From an uncultured Propionibacteriaceae bacterium (GTDB taxonomy: Bacteria; Actinomycetota; Actinomycetes; Propionibacteriales; Propionibacteriaceae), in assembly GCA_902805915.1 (NCBI GenBank), contig CADCUO010000076.1, forward strand, positions 7,807-71,806: a DNA stretch of 64,000 nt, in the 5' to 3' direction. A model generated the notes under the pieces. That model was not told the DNA's origin. It did no database searches and saw only the letters and a list, made by a program, of their open reading frames with translations. Position numbers and translations under genes: made by a program. Positions 48,898 to 60,779 of the stretch are shown one piece after another (the stretch's first letter is position 1; the number at the start of each line of letters is the position of its first letter).

Positions 48898-51435
48898 TCA
48901 GTCGTTGCTGGACTCGCTGCCTTCAGCGAGCCCGTCGATGATGCCGTCGAACTCGACCGGCGGGACGTCAGGCGCAGCGGCCTGGTCGTTGCCGGTGAAG
49001 GTGAACGGGAACTCCGCACCCGCATCCGCCACGTCGACGACCACGATCTGGCCGGCCTTGAGCTCGCCGAACAGGATCTGCTCTGCCAGGTGGTCCTCGA
49101 TGTCGCGCTGCATCGCACGCCGCAGCGGGCGAGCACCCATCACGGGGTCGAAGCCACGCTGAGCGATCAGCGTCTTCGCCGCCGGGGTGAGCTCGATACC
49201 CATGTCCCGGTCCTTCAGCCGGCCCTCGATCTCGGCCAGCATCAGGTCGACGATGCGCTCGATGTCAGTCTGCGTCAGCTGACGGAACACGACGATCTCG
49301 TCGACACGGTTCAAGAACTCAGGCCGGAAGTGCTGCTTGAGCTCATCGGCGACCTTGTTCTTCATCTTCTCGTACGAGCCTTCGGTGTCACCTGACTTGC
49401 TGAAGCCGAGGGTGACGCTCTTGGCGATGTCGCGAGTTCCCAGGTTCGTGGTCATCACGATGACGGTGTTCTTGAAGTCCACCACCCTGCCCTGTGCGTC
49501 GGTCAGGCGACCTTCGTCCAGGATCTGCAGCAGCGAGTTGAAGATGTCGGGGTGAGCCTTCTCCACCTCGTCGAACAGGACCACGCTGAACGGCTTGCGC
49601 CGTACCTTCTCGGTCAGCTGGCCACCCTCTTCGTAGCCGACGTACCCGGGAGGCGAACCGAAAAGCCGTGATGCGGTGTGCTTCTCGGAGTACTCGCTCA
49701 TGTCGAGTGAGATCAGGGCGTCCTCGTCCCCGAACAGGAACTCGGTCAGCGCCTTGGTCAGCTCCGTCTTACCCACACCGGACGGGCCGGCGAAGATGAA
49801 GGAACCACTCGGACGCTTCGGGTCCTTCAGCCCGGCCCGGGTACGGCGGATGGAACGAGATAGGGCCCGGACAGCGTCATGCTGACCGATGTAGCGCTTG
49901 CCCAGCTCCTGCTCCATCCGGAGCAGCCGGGCCGACTCCTCCTCGGTGAGCTTGAACACCGGGATACCGGTGGAGGAGGACAGCACCTCGGCGATGATCT
50001 CCTCATCCACCTCGGCAACGACGTCCAGATCGCCGGACTTCCACTGCGCCTCGCGCTCGGCGCGAGCCGTCAGCAGCTTCTTCTCGTCGTCACGCAGCCC
50101 GGCCGCGCGCTCGAAGTCCTGAGCGTCGATAGCAGCTTCCTTCTCCAGCCGTACGCCAGCGATCTTCTCGTCGAACTCACGCAGGTCCGGCGGAGCGGTC
50201 ATCCGTCGGATCCGCAACCGGGCACCGGCCTCGTCGATCAGGTCGATCGCCTTGTCCGGCAGAAAGCGGTCGGAGATGTAGCGGTCAGCCATCTGGGCGG
50301 CGGCCACCAGTGCCTGGTCAGTGATGGTGACGCGGTGGTGTGCCTCGTACCGGTCGCGCAGCCCGCGCAGGATGTCGATGGTGTGAGCGATCGACGGCTC
50401 GGCCACCTGGATCGGCTGGAAACGACGTTCCAGTGCGGCGTCCTTCTCGACGTACTTGCGGTACTCGTCGAGGGTGGTGGCTCCGATCGTCTGCAGCTCA
50501 CCGCGAGCCAGCATCGGCTTCAAGATGCTGGCGGCGTCGATGGCGCCCTCGGCGGCGCCCGCACCCACCAGGGTGTGGATCTCGTCGATGAAGAGCACCA
50601 CATCCCCGCGGGTACGGATCTCCTTCAGCACCTTCTTCAGGCGCTCCTCGAAGTCACCGCGGTAACGCGAACCGGCAACCAGCGCGCCGAGGTCAAGGGT
50701 GTAGATCTGCTTGTCCCGCAGCGTCTCGGGGACGTCGCCGCGGACGATGGCTTGGGACAAGCCCTCCACTACAGCGGTCTTGCCGACGCCGGGCTCACCG
50801 ATCAGGACAGGGTTGTTCTTGGTACGGCGGGAAAGCACAGTCATGACGCGCTCGATCTCGGTCTCCCGACCGATCACCGGGTCAAGCTTGTTCTCCCGAA
50901 CGGCCTGGGTAAGGTTGCGGCCGAACTGGTCCAGCACCATTGAAGAAGACGGTGCGTTGCCGGTCTCTGGTGCACCAGAGGTGGTCGACTCCTTACCCTG
51001 GAAACCGCTGAGTAATTGCAGCACCTGGTTGCGAACCCTATTCAGGTCCGCGCCCAACTTGACCAGAACCTGCGCAGCAACACCCTCGCCTTCTCGAATA
51101 AGGCCGAGCAAGATGTGTTCGGTGCCGATGTAGGAGTGATTGATCTGCAGTGCCTCGCGAAGGCTCAGCTCAAGTACCTTCTTCGCGCGGGGCGTGAATG
51201 GGATGTGTCCGCTGGGAGACTGCTGGCCGTGACCGATGATCTCTTCGACCTTCTGGCGGACGGCCTCGAGCGAAATACCCAGTGACTCCAATGCCTTTGC
51301 CGCTACACCTTCACCTTCGTGAATGAGGCCGAGCAGGATGTGCTCCGTGCCGATGTAGTTGTGGTTCAGCATGCGGGCCTCTTCTTGCGCCAGCACGACG
51401 ACGCGCCGAGCCCGATCGGTAAACCGCTCAAACAT
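48898..51435 (-). CDS. clpC: ATP-dependent Clp protease ATPase subunit ClpC
   Basis: [14 protein letters not shown]-terminus; two AAA domains ([16 protein letters not shown]). Confidence 0.98.
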   Translation of the reverse strand: MFERFTDRARRVVVLAQEEARMLNHNYIGTEHILLGLIHEGEGVAAKALESLGISLEAVRQKVEEIIGHGQQSPSGHIPFTPRAKKVLELSLREALQINHSYIGTEHILLGLIREGEGVAAQVLVKLGADLNRVRNQVLQLLSGFQGKESTTSGAPETGNAPSSSMVLDQFGRNLTQAVRENKLDPVIGRETEIERVMTVLSRRTKNNPVLIGEPGVGKTAVVEGLSQAIVRGDVPETLRDKQIYTLDLGALVAGSRYRGDFEERLKKVLKEIRTRGDVVLFIDEIHTLVGAGAAEGAIDAASILKPMLARGELQTIGATTLDEYRKYVEKDAALERRFQPIQVAEPSIAHTIDILRGLRDRYEAHHRVTITDQALVAAAQMADRYISDRFLPDKAIDLIDEAGARLRIRRMTAPPDLREFDEKIAGVRLEKEAAIDAQDFERAAGLRDDEKKLLTARAEREAQWKSGDLDVVAEVDEEIIAEVLSSSTGIPVFKLTEEESARLLRMEQELGKRYIGQHDAVRALSRSIRRTRAGLKDPKRPSGSFIFAGPSGVGKTELTKALTEFLFGDEDALISLDMSEYSEKHTASRLFGSPPGYVGYEEGGQLTEKVRRKPFSVVLFDEVEKAHPDIFNSLLQILDEGRLTDAQGRVVDFKNTVIVMTTNLGTRDIAKSVTLGFSKSGDTEGSYEKMKNKVADELKQHFRPEFLNRVDEIVVFRQLTQTDIERIVDLMLAEIEGRLKDRDMGIELTPAAKTLIAQRGFDPVMGARPLRRAMQRDIEDHLAEQILFGELKAGQIVVVDVADAGAEFPFTFTGNDQAAAPDVPPVEFDGIIDGLAEGSESSND

Positions 51436-51583
51436 GATTGCTCCTCGCTCTGGGTGCCGCTGGATCACCCCGGCGATGGGGTCGGCACCTTGCTCAACTC
51501 TAGTCGGCTCGGCGTGGCACAACAGCGCCCCCACGTTACGACCGTGTGAGAACTCGCGCCGACGGCGACACCGTCTTTAGTCC

Positions 51584-51609
51584 AACTGCGGGACAGTGCG
51601 TTCTGTTCC
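51584..51609 (-). promoter_or_regulatory. SigR/SigH-type ECF promoter for clpC
   Basis: Minus strand GGAAC-N18-GTT. Confidence 0.7.
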
Positions 51610-51662
51610 CCCTGGCGAGGCTGATCATCACAACGGTGGCCCGCCCTGGGCGACGATGACTC

Positions 51663-51697
51663 GTTCGCCCAGAGCGGACAGTGCCCCCACAGCGAAC
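51663..51697. promoter_or_regulatory. Tandem ClgR-like operators upstream of clpC
   Basis: GTTCGC-CCAGA-GCGGAC (51663-51679) and a degenerate copy ending GCGAAC (51681-51697); ClgR consensus is GTTCGC-N5-GCG. Confidence 0.65.
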
Positions 51698-51718
51698 AGG
51701 GCACGGTGTTGATGCTGG

Positions 51719-52039
51719 CTAGGCGTGCGCGTTCTCGAACGCTTCCCGAATCTCACTCGATACGCGCCCGCGGCTGCTCACCTCGTAGCCGTTCTCCTGT
51801 GCCCAGGCCCGGATGTCACTGCTGGTCGCAGTTGCGCTCGACTTCCCACCCCGACGGCGGCGACCACCGATCTTCCGCGCGTTCGACAACCAGGGCGCCA
51901 GCGCGTCCCGTAAAGCACTAGCATTCTTTTCCGACAGATCGATTTCGTACTCTGCCCCGTCCAGCCCGAAAACGACTGTTTCGTCGGCGGTACCGCCGTC
52001 ATAGTCGTCCTCGAGAATGATCTGCACCCGTTGAGCCAT
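51719..52039 (-). CDS. lsr2: Nucleoid-associated protein Lsr2
   Basis: MAQRVQIILEDD, FGLDG.EYEIDL, IRAWA, RGR AT-hook. Confidence 0.97.
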   Translation of the reverse strand: MAQRVQIILEDDYDGGTADETVVFGLDGAEYEIDLSEKNASALRDALAPWLSNARKIGGRRRRGGKSSATATSSDIRAWAQENGYEVSSRGRVSSEIREAFENAHA

Positions 52040-52287
52040 TGTCTTTCCTTCCAAGTCCCCCGAACAATCATCTGACGTCGATACATTACACCGACTAACA
52101 CCTCCTCCGAGACGCTTACGAGTGCGATATCGACACAGACCTGTCCAGCGACTTGTTGTCACCCATCCAGAAGTCAGCGCGCGAGAACACCTTAGTTTGG
52201 ATAAGTTGATCCGGCGAATCCGAGATCAGCCTTGGGCAGCAGGCATTCCGGTGAGTTTCATCCCACCGATTGGGGCACGATGGGGCA

Positions 52288-53268
52288 ATGCCGTCCTTGT
52301 GCAAGCCGTGGCGAGATGCCTGGGTGGAGTCTGCGTACGGTGTTGCCGGTCACTGGCAGAACTCCTGGCCGGCTCAACACTTCCGTACCGCGGCGACCAG
52401 CACCTCCGCCTTGGCGGCAATGATCATGGCGACGCTGAGCTCCCGACCCGACCTCCGCGCGGTGGTCGAGCTGGGGGCCGGGGACGGCGCCCTGCTGACC
52501 GCGATCCACCAGGCCAATCCCGAGCTGTCGCTGTACGGGGTTGAGCTGCGGGAACGGCCAGTGGGGCTCGACGCCGCAATCAGCTGGTGCCGGGACCTCT
52601 GGGACGTCCGCACCGATACCTGGACCAGCGGAGAAGCAGCTCAGGCACTGTCCAGTTCCGACGGACCGACGGCCCTCCTCGCGGTGGAGTGGCTGGATGA
52701 TCTGCCGTGTGTGGTTGCGGAACGCCGAGAGGATCTCGATCTACTGGAGGTCCACGTCGATTGCCACGGTGCGGAACGCCTCGGCCGGCCCCTAGGCCTA
52801 GAGGAGTCGCAGTGGACGACCCGCTGGTGGCCGTACGGGAGCCGGGTGGAGGTGGGGCTTGGCCGCGACCGCGCCTGGGCGGACGCGGTGCGGCGGCTAC
52901 GTCGATGCGGCGGGCTGGCGTTGATGATCGACTACGGTCACCGCCGCCCCGCCCGGCCAGTCGACGGTTCGCTGTCCGGCTATGCCCGCGGCCGCCAGCT
53001 CGTACCGGTGCCGGACAAGAGCATGAACCTGACCGCGCATGTGGCCGTCGACGCGGTCCGAGATGCCGGCGAACAGGCCGGGGGCCGCACTGTGGTGCTG
53101 GCACAGCTGGTGGAGTTGGTGGCGACGACGGCGCCTGCCACCACACCGGACCCGCTGGCCGCCTTGGTGCAGCGCAGTCAACGGGCAGCACTGAGCTCGC
53201 CTCGGGTCTGGGGCCAGCAGTACTGGCTGCAGCAGGAGGTTCCCCGAAGTGACGGAGAGCGGGCATGA
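52288..53268 (+). CDS. SAM-dependent methyltransferase, NDUFAF7/MidA family
   Basis: HFRTA, VVELGAGDGALL, AVEWLDDLP, IDYGH, NLTAHV; -10 CACGAT 6 nt before ATG 52288. Confidence 0.82.
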   Translation: MPSLCKPWRDAWVESAYGVAGHWQNSWPAQHFRTAATSTSALAAMIMATLSSRPDLRAVVELGAGDGALLTAIHQANPELSLYGVELRERPVGLDAAISWCRDLWDVRTDTWTSGEAAQALSSSDGPTALLAVEWLDDLPCVVAERREDLDLLEVHVDCHGAERLGRPLGLEESQWTTRWWPYGSRVEVGLGRDRAWADAVRRLRRCGGLALMIDYGHRRPARPVDGSLSGYARGRQLVPVPDKSMNLTAHVAVDAVRDAGEQAGGRTVVLAQLVELVATTAPATTPDPLAALVQRSQRAALSSPRVWGQQYWLQQEVPRSDGERA

Positions 53269-53298
53269 CCGCCGCCGACGGTGTGGTGGACTGACGCC

Positions 53299-54465
53299 AT
53301 GGGTGCACCGCTGCGGGTCCTGGTCGGGTCGCTGAGCCCGGGAATGCTGCCCGACGCAGCGGCGGCGGCGCCACCGGACGGGACAGTCCTGTTGGACCTG
53401 GGACCCGATCATCCCAGCCGAGCCGGGCTGCTCGAGCTTCGGCTGTGGACTGAGGCTGACCGGATCACGTCGGTCGAGGTGGTGGTGGGAGCGATGCACC
53501 GGGGTGCAGAGAAGCTGTTCGAAGTTCGCGACTACCGCCAGATCCTGATGCTGGCGGACCGGCACGACTGGCACGCTCCGTTCGCCGGCGAGCTCGGGAT
53601 CGTGCTGACCTGCGAGCAGATGCTGGGGTGGGAGATCCCGGAGCGGGCCGCCTGGTTACGGACCCTGCTCGCCGAGCACACTCGGATCCTGTCGCTGCTG
53701 GGCTTTCTCGGCTACCTCGGGCACGTGGCCGGGCGGCCGGCTGCGGCCGAGGCGCGGGAACAGCTGCGGGCACAGACCTACCAGCTGACCGGCAACCGGA
53801 TCCACCCGATGGCCAATCGGCTCGGCGGCCTGGCGGTGGACGCGGATGACCGGTGGCTGGATGAGGAGCTGGAGTGCCTGGACCAGGTGCAGCAGGTGAC
53901 AACGACGCTGGTGGAGGTACTGGGCGTACCCGACCGCGGCCGGCTCGGCGCCGGAGTCGGCGTGCTGACGCCCGAGGTGATCTCCCAGTACGGAGTCAGC
54001 GGTCCCGCCGCCCGGGCCAGCGGAGTCAACCTTGATCTCAGGGTGCAGCAGCCCTACCTCGCCTACCCCGAGCTGGCGCCCCTGCTCGTCCGCGCCCCGG
54101 TGCCGCTGACCGGTGACGCCTCAACCAGGTTCGCGGTGATGGCCCACGACGTGTCAGTCAGCATCGAACTCGTCCGGGCTGCAGCAGAGCGGCTGCGTAC
54201 GGTGCGCGGCCCGGTGTCGGTCAAGCTGCCCAAGATAGTCAAGCTGCCCGAGGGCGAGACCTATCTCGCCACCGAGGCGCCGCTCGGGATGGCGGGAGTC
54301 CATCTGGTGTCTCGGGGGGAGAAGACGCCATGGCGGCTGAAGCTGCGGACGCCCTCCTTCAACAATGTGGCGGCGCTGGAGTCCTTGCTGCTGCACGTGG
54401 GGGTGGCCCAGCTGGAGGTCACCTTGGCGTCGATGGGCTACGTGGTCGGGGACATCGACAAGTAG
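53299..54465 (+). CDS. Orphan, divergent NADH-quinone oxidoreductase subunit D-like protein
   Basis: LGPDHPS, MHRGAEKLFE, GVSGPAARASGV, EAPLG, LRTPSFNN, C-terminal GDIDK; no other nuo gene in the window. Confidence 0.88.
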   Translation: MGAPLRVLVGSLSPGMLPDAAAAAPPDGTVLLDLGPDHPSRAGLLELRLWTEADRITSVEVVVGAMHRGAEKLFEVRDYRQILMLADRHDWHAPFAGELGIVLTCEQMLGWEIPERAAWLRTLLAEHTRILSLLGFLGYLGHVAGRPAAAEAREQLRAQTYQLTGNRIHPMANRLGGLAVDADDRWLDEELECLDQVQQVTTTLVEVLGVPDRGRLGAGVGVLTPEVISQYGVSGPAARASGVNLDLRVQQPYLAYPELAPLLVRAPVPLTGDASTRFAVMAHDVSVSIELVRAAAERLRTVRGPVSVKLPKIVKLPEGETYLATEAPLGMAGVHLVSRGEKTPWRLKLRTPSFNNVAALESLLLHVGVAQLEVTLASMGYVVGDIDK

Positions 54466-54471
54466 CGCTGG

Positions 54472-55197
54472 TCAGGCGAACCTCTGGTCGATCTCGTAGT
54501 TCGGCAGCATCACCGCGATCTCGGCAGCCAGGTCCACCACCGTGCTGGTGGAGTCCTGGACCGCCGTCGCGGCGGGAGCCGCTGTTAGCAGGGCCGCGCC
54601 GGCTGAGTCAGTGAGCACCCGCCTCGGCAGACCGTGGACCTCGGCGCCGGCACCGTCTCGACGCAGCGCTGCCAGCTCGCCGTCGCGGGCCCGTACCGTC
54701 TCCTGCAGCGAGCCGATGGTGCGCTCCCGCTGGGCAAGCTCACCCTGAAGGTGCGCCTGGTCGCGCTGCAAGGCGGCTATCTCACCCCGGAGGTTTGTCA
54801 CGTGTCCACGCAGGGTGGAGATCTCGACCTGCAGGCCGTTGACTGTGACTCGCTGCCGTTCCACCTCGGCCTGCGCGGTACTGACCCGGCCGCGCAATAC
54901 CTGCACCACGCGGGCGTTGTGCTGACGCTCCTCGGTCAGCGCCCGGCCGTGCTGCTGCGACAGGGTGAGCAGCTCGCGGGCATGAGCATGGCGGTCGGCC
55001 TTAACTTCCCGCCAGGCGTAGACGCACGCCGCCACTCCGGTAGCGACGGCCAGGGCAACGCCGATCCTGGCCACCCACACTGGTCCGAATGCGGCGGCGA
55101 TGGCCAGCACCGTGCCGACGATGAGCAGGGTGAGGGAACTCCGTTGCAGCCGCGACGGGGCAGCCTGACGGGAGATCGCTGGAGCGGGTGAGGACAC
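54472..55197 (-). CDS. Hypothetical membrane protein with a long coiled coil
   Basis: Two TM helices then a heptad-rich region; -10 TAGGAT 6 nt before the GTG. Confidence 0.7.
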   Translation of the reverse strand: MSSPAPAISRQAAPSRLQRSSLTLLIVGTVLAIAAAFGPVWVARIGVALAVATGVAACVYAWREVKADRHAHARELLTLSQQHGRALTEERQHNARVVQVLRGRVSTAQAEVERQRVTVNGLQVEISTLRGHVTNLRGEIAALQRDQAHLQGELAQRERTIGSLQETVRARDGELAALRRDGAGAEVHGLPRRVLTDSAGAALLTAAPAATAVQDSTSTVVDLAAEIAVMLPNYEIDQRFA

Positions 55198-55245
55198 ATC
55201 GGAATCCTAAGACCGATCGAGCTCCGCACCGGGTATTTGCGCCTG

Positions 55246-55725
55246 CTACTGGCGGGTGTCGAGCTCCGGCGTTTCTTCGTCGTCGTTGTCGGCGCCGGGG
55301 ACCTTGCAGGCCCGCTCCAACAGCAGTCCCGCGACCGACAACGCCACCCCTGCCACTACAGCGATGCCGGCTCGGATCACCCTCTCCCGCGGCGCGTCGG
55401 CGTCGATTCGGGTCACGAACATCAAGGCGAAGGTGAGGTAGCCACCGGATACCACCGCGCCTGCGAGGGCCGACGCCTTGCCCAGGACCAGGAACGCGAC
55501 CGCGCGAGAAGGGTCCATCCGCTGCTTGTGGACCTGGATCCGCTGGTAGGTGCTGTACGCCAGCACGCCGACCAGGCCGGTGATCAGGACCAGGGCGACA
55601 GGCGCTGTCCAGGGCACCCGGGGCGGCAGCAGGTCGAAGGCGTTGGCCACCACGACAACCAGCCAGCCGGCGAGCGCGCCCACCAGGGCCGCCACCGCCA
55701 GCGCCCGTGGGGGCGTGGTTGTCAC
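55246..55725 (-). CDS. DUF3180-type membrane protein (Rv3605c-like)
   Basis: LVLGKASALAGA, LLLERACKVP; conserved position after folK. Confidence 0.82.
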   Translation of the reverse strand: MTTTPPRALAVAALVGALAGWLVVVVANAFDLLPPRVPWTAPVALVLITGLVGVLAYSTYQRIQVHKQRMDPSRAVAFLVLGKASALAGAVVSGGYLTFALMFVTRIDADAPRERVIRAGIAVVAGVALSVAGLLLERACKVPGADNDDEETPELDTRQ

Positions 55726-55766
55726 TGACCCCCCAGAAGATCCCTCAGCCAACTACTCGACCGTTC

Positions 55767-56327
55767 CTAGTACGCCTCAACGACAAGGTCGTCCCGTCTG
55801 ACCACACCGCTGGGCGGAGCGGCCAGCAGCAACTCTGCCACCGAACCCTTCCCAGGAAGCTCGGCGCGGGGGTCGATCTCGACCCAGGGCACCAGCACAA
55901 ATGCTCGCTCGAATGCCCGCGGATGCGGCAGCCGGAGGTCCGGCTCGTCGCTGACGGTGTCGCCGACGACCACGAGGTCGACGTCCAACGTACGTGGGCC
56001 CCATCGCTCCGCGCGGACCCGGCCGTACGCATCCTCCACCGCCAGCGCGCGCTCGAGCAGGGTGCGCGGCTCCAACGTGGTTTCGGCGACGACGACCAGG
56101 TTGAGGAACGCAGGAGCGTCAGCGGGTCCGCCGACCGGCTCGGTCTCGTACACCGCCGACACGTCGACCACGATGACATCGGGGGTGTCGCGGATCGCGT
56201 CGAGCGCGCCCTGCAGGTTGCCCAGCCGGTCGCCGAGGTTTGAGCCCAAGGAGTACACCACTTTGCGCAACGGCTTGAAGCCGCTCAAGGTGTCGGCGTT
56301 CACGGCATGGGGGTTGGGGCTGGTCAT
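55767..56327 (-). CDS. folK: 6-hydroxymethyl-7,8-dihydropterin pyrophosphokinase
   Basis: LGSNLGDR, YETEPVG, WGPRTLDVD, LPHP, RAFVLVP. Confidence 0.96.
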   Translation of the reverse strand: MTSPNPHAVNADTLSGFKPLRKVVYSLGSNLGDRLGNLQGALDAIRDTPDVIVVDVSAVYETEPVGGPADAPAFLNLVVVAETTLEPRTLLERALAVEDAYGRVRAERWGPRTLDVDLVVVGDTVSDEPDLRLPHPRAFERAFVLVPWVEIDPRAELPGKGSVAELLLAAPPSGVVRRDDLVVEAY

Positions 56328-56737
56328 GTCCTACTCCTTGTCAACGTGACAGCCACATCTGCGAACTCGACGGAGATCGGGGCGTCTGGTTTGTGCACCG
56401 TAACTTCGACCGTCTCCACTATCGAGACTCTCAAGCACGTCTGGGCAATTCGTTCCGCGAGCGCCTCGATCAGGTTCACCGGGCGGCCCTCGATGTCGGC
56501 CACGATGGCCACGGCGAGGGTGCCGTAGTCAACTGTCGCCGCGAGATCGTCGGTGGCGCCAGCTGCGGCGAGGTCGAGGGAGCAGTCCACGTCGACGACG
56601 AACCGCTGTCCCTGCAGCCGCTCGATGTCCAAGACCCCATGGTGTCCTAGAGCAGCGACGCCGCGCAGCGAGATCCGGTCGGGTCGTGGCCGAGGTCCGC
56701 CGACAGCCCCGGCCGGCGTAATGGGCTCTGCTGTCAT
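56324..56737 (-). CDS. folB: Dihydroneopterin aldolase
   Basis: GHHGV...ER..GQRF, TVDY, LIEALA, HKP.AP; SD GGAGG before ATG 56737. Confidence 0.95.
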   Translation of the reverse strand: MTAEPITPAGAVGGPRPRPDRISLRGVAALGHHGVLDIERLQGQRFVVDVDCSLDLAAAGATDDLAATVDYGTLAVAIVADIEGRPVNLIEALAERIAQTCLRVSIVETVEVTVHKPDAPISVEFADVAVTLTRSRT

Positions 56738-56831
56738 GACACCTCCCCGGTTCGCGCTTTGTGCTGCGACCCTATCGGACCAGACAACCGCAGCTCCATG
56801 ACCAAGCCATGTCTGCGGGCCAGCGGGGAGA

Positions 56832-57710
56832 TTACCGTGCGATGTCACGCAGACGCGCCGCCACGGCTACGGCGTCACGATTCTGCCGTACCGAGTGCAC
56901 CCGTACTGCCCAGGTTTGGCGCAGCGCCAGCACCGTGGTGAGGGCCGCCGAGGCGTCGTCCCGGTGGGGTGCCGGGCGTGGCTGTCCGTCCGCATCGGCC
57001 AGCAGCAGCCCGAGGAACTTCTTCCGGGAGACGCCGACCAGCATTGGCAGCCCCAGCGCGTCCAGCTCGTCGAGCCGCTGCAGCAGCTGCCAGTTGTGCT
57101 CGGCGGTCTTGGCGAAGCCCAACCCCGGGTCGATGATCACGGAGTCGGCGGCGATCCCCTCCTTCAGCGCCCGTTCCACTTGGCGGGTGAGCTCCTCGGC
57201 CACCTCCACCACCACGTCGCGGTAGACGGCGCGGCTCTGCATCTGGTCCGCATGCCCGCGCCAGTGCATGCACACGTACGGCACGCCAAGGTCCGCGGCT
57301 GTCGCCATCATGGCCGGATCGGCCTGGCCCCCGGAGACGTCGTTGACCATTCTGGCCCCGGCCGCTACGGCGGCGGTCACCACCGAAGCTCTCATGGTGT
57401 CGATGCTGACCACGGCCCCGGCCGCGGTGAGCTCCCTGATGACGGGGATGACTCGACGCAGCTCCTCAGTCTGGTCCGGACGTACCGCCCCTGGCCGGGT
57501 GGACTCCCCGCCGACGTCGATGATGTCGGCGCCCTCCGCCATCAAGTCGAGTGCGTGCCGGATGGCATCCGCGGGTTCGAACCATCTGCCACCGTCGGAG
57601 AACGAGTCGGGCGTCACGTTCACGACGCCGATCACCAGCGTCCGGCCCGGCTGAGGCAGGCCCGGCACGGTGGCGATTGCAGCGTTGTCCACCTGGGCAA
57701 CCCTAGCCAC
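56832..57710 (-). CDS. folP: Dihydropteroate synthase
   Basis: NVTPDSFSDGG, DVGGESTRPG, DPGLGFAK, SRKKF, RVH. Confidence 0.96.
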   Translation of the reverse strand: MARVAQVDNAAIATVPGLPQPGRTLVIGVVNVTPDSFSDGGRWFEPADAIRHALDLMAEGADIIDVGGESTRPGAVRPDQTEELRRVIPVIRELTAAGAVVSIDTMRASVVTAAVAAGARMVNDVSGGQADPAMMATAADLGVPYVCMHWRGHADQMQSRAVYRDVVVEVAEELTRQVERALKEGIAADSVIIDPGLGFAKTAEHNWQLLQRLDELDALGLPMLVGVSRKKFLGLLLADADGQPRPAPHRDDASAALTTVLALRQTWAVRVHSVRQNRDAVAVAARLRDIAR

Positions 57711-57741
57711 TGGCCGCCTCGCTGACGGCAGATGCCCAGCT

Positions 57742-57800
57742 GTCCGAGCCGGTGATCAGCCCCGTCTGAGCCGGTGCTCAACCCGTCTAGCCAGTGGTCA
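57742..57800. repeat. Degenerate ~21-bp tandem repeat, 3 copies, including the folE stop codon
   Basis: GTCCGAGCCGGTGATCAGCCCC / GTCTGAGCCGGTGCTCAACCC / GTCTAGCCAGTGGTCA. Confidence 0.6.
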
Positions 57801-58468
57801 GGACGAGCGACTCATGATCAGGCTCATTGCCTCAGCCCGGGTGGCGGCGTCGCGAAGCTGGCCACGAACGGCGCTGGTGACGGTCCGGGACCCGGGTTTG
57901 CGTACCCCACGCATGGTCATGCACAGGTGCTCGCACTCGAACACCACGATCACCCCACGTGGCTGGAGGATCTTCACCATGGCTTCGGCGACCTGGGTGG
58001 TGAGACGCTCCTGCACCTGCGGTCGCTTGGCGTACAGGTCGACCAACCGTGCCAGCTTGCTCAGGCCGGTGATCCTGCCGTCGACGTTCGGGATGTAGCC
58101 GACATGCGCTACCCCGCTGAAGGGCACCAGGTGGTGCTCGCAGCAGCTCCAGACCCCGATGTCCTTGACCAGAACCAGCTCGTCGTGGCCGAGATCGAAG
58201 GTGGTGGCGAGCACCGCCTCGGGGTCCTGGCGGAGTCCGCCGAACATCTCCGCGTACGCGCGGGCCACCCGGCCCGGGGTGTCCCGCAGACCCTCCCGGT
58301 CAGGGTCCTCGCCGATTCCGATCAGCACCTCCCGGATCGCGGCGGCGACCCGGTCATGGTCAAAGGGGGCGGCAACTAGCTTTGGAGCACCGCTGATCGC
58401 GTCCACGCCGGGGTCGCTCGGACCGGTCCGGCTGGTCCGGCTGGTCCGGTCCATGTCCGGCGTCGTGG

Positions 58469-58472
<4 letters not shown>
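57798..58472 (-). CDS. folE: GTP cyclohydrolase I
   Basis: [40 protein letters not shown]; GTGA overlap with the ftsH stop. Confidence 0.96.
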
Positions 58473-60649
<2,177 letters not shown>

Positions 60650-60779
60650 GACCTGCCTGAGGAGTTTTTCGGAGCCGCACTAGAGCCTTACCAACCGCAA
60701 GGCTAGCGTTTACACCCAAGTGTCCCCTAGTCGGCGAGGGTCCAGACGCAGGCGGGGACGACCACGTGCGCCAGCCGCT

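Noticed and set aside
53299-54465. [NiFe]-hydrogenase large subunit
   Set aside because: Lacks the N- and C-terminal CxxC nickel ligands, and no maturation genes are present.
56734-56799. 21-aa mini-ORF on the minus strand (MELRLSGPIGSQHKARTGEVS) ending in an ATGA overlap with folB
   Set aside because: Not coupled to the folP stop, no clear SD, and folB has its own strong SD; likely chance.
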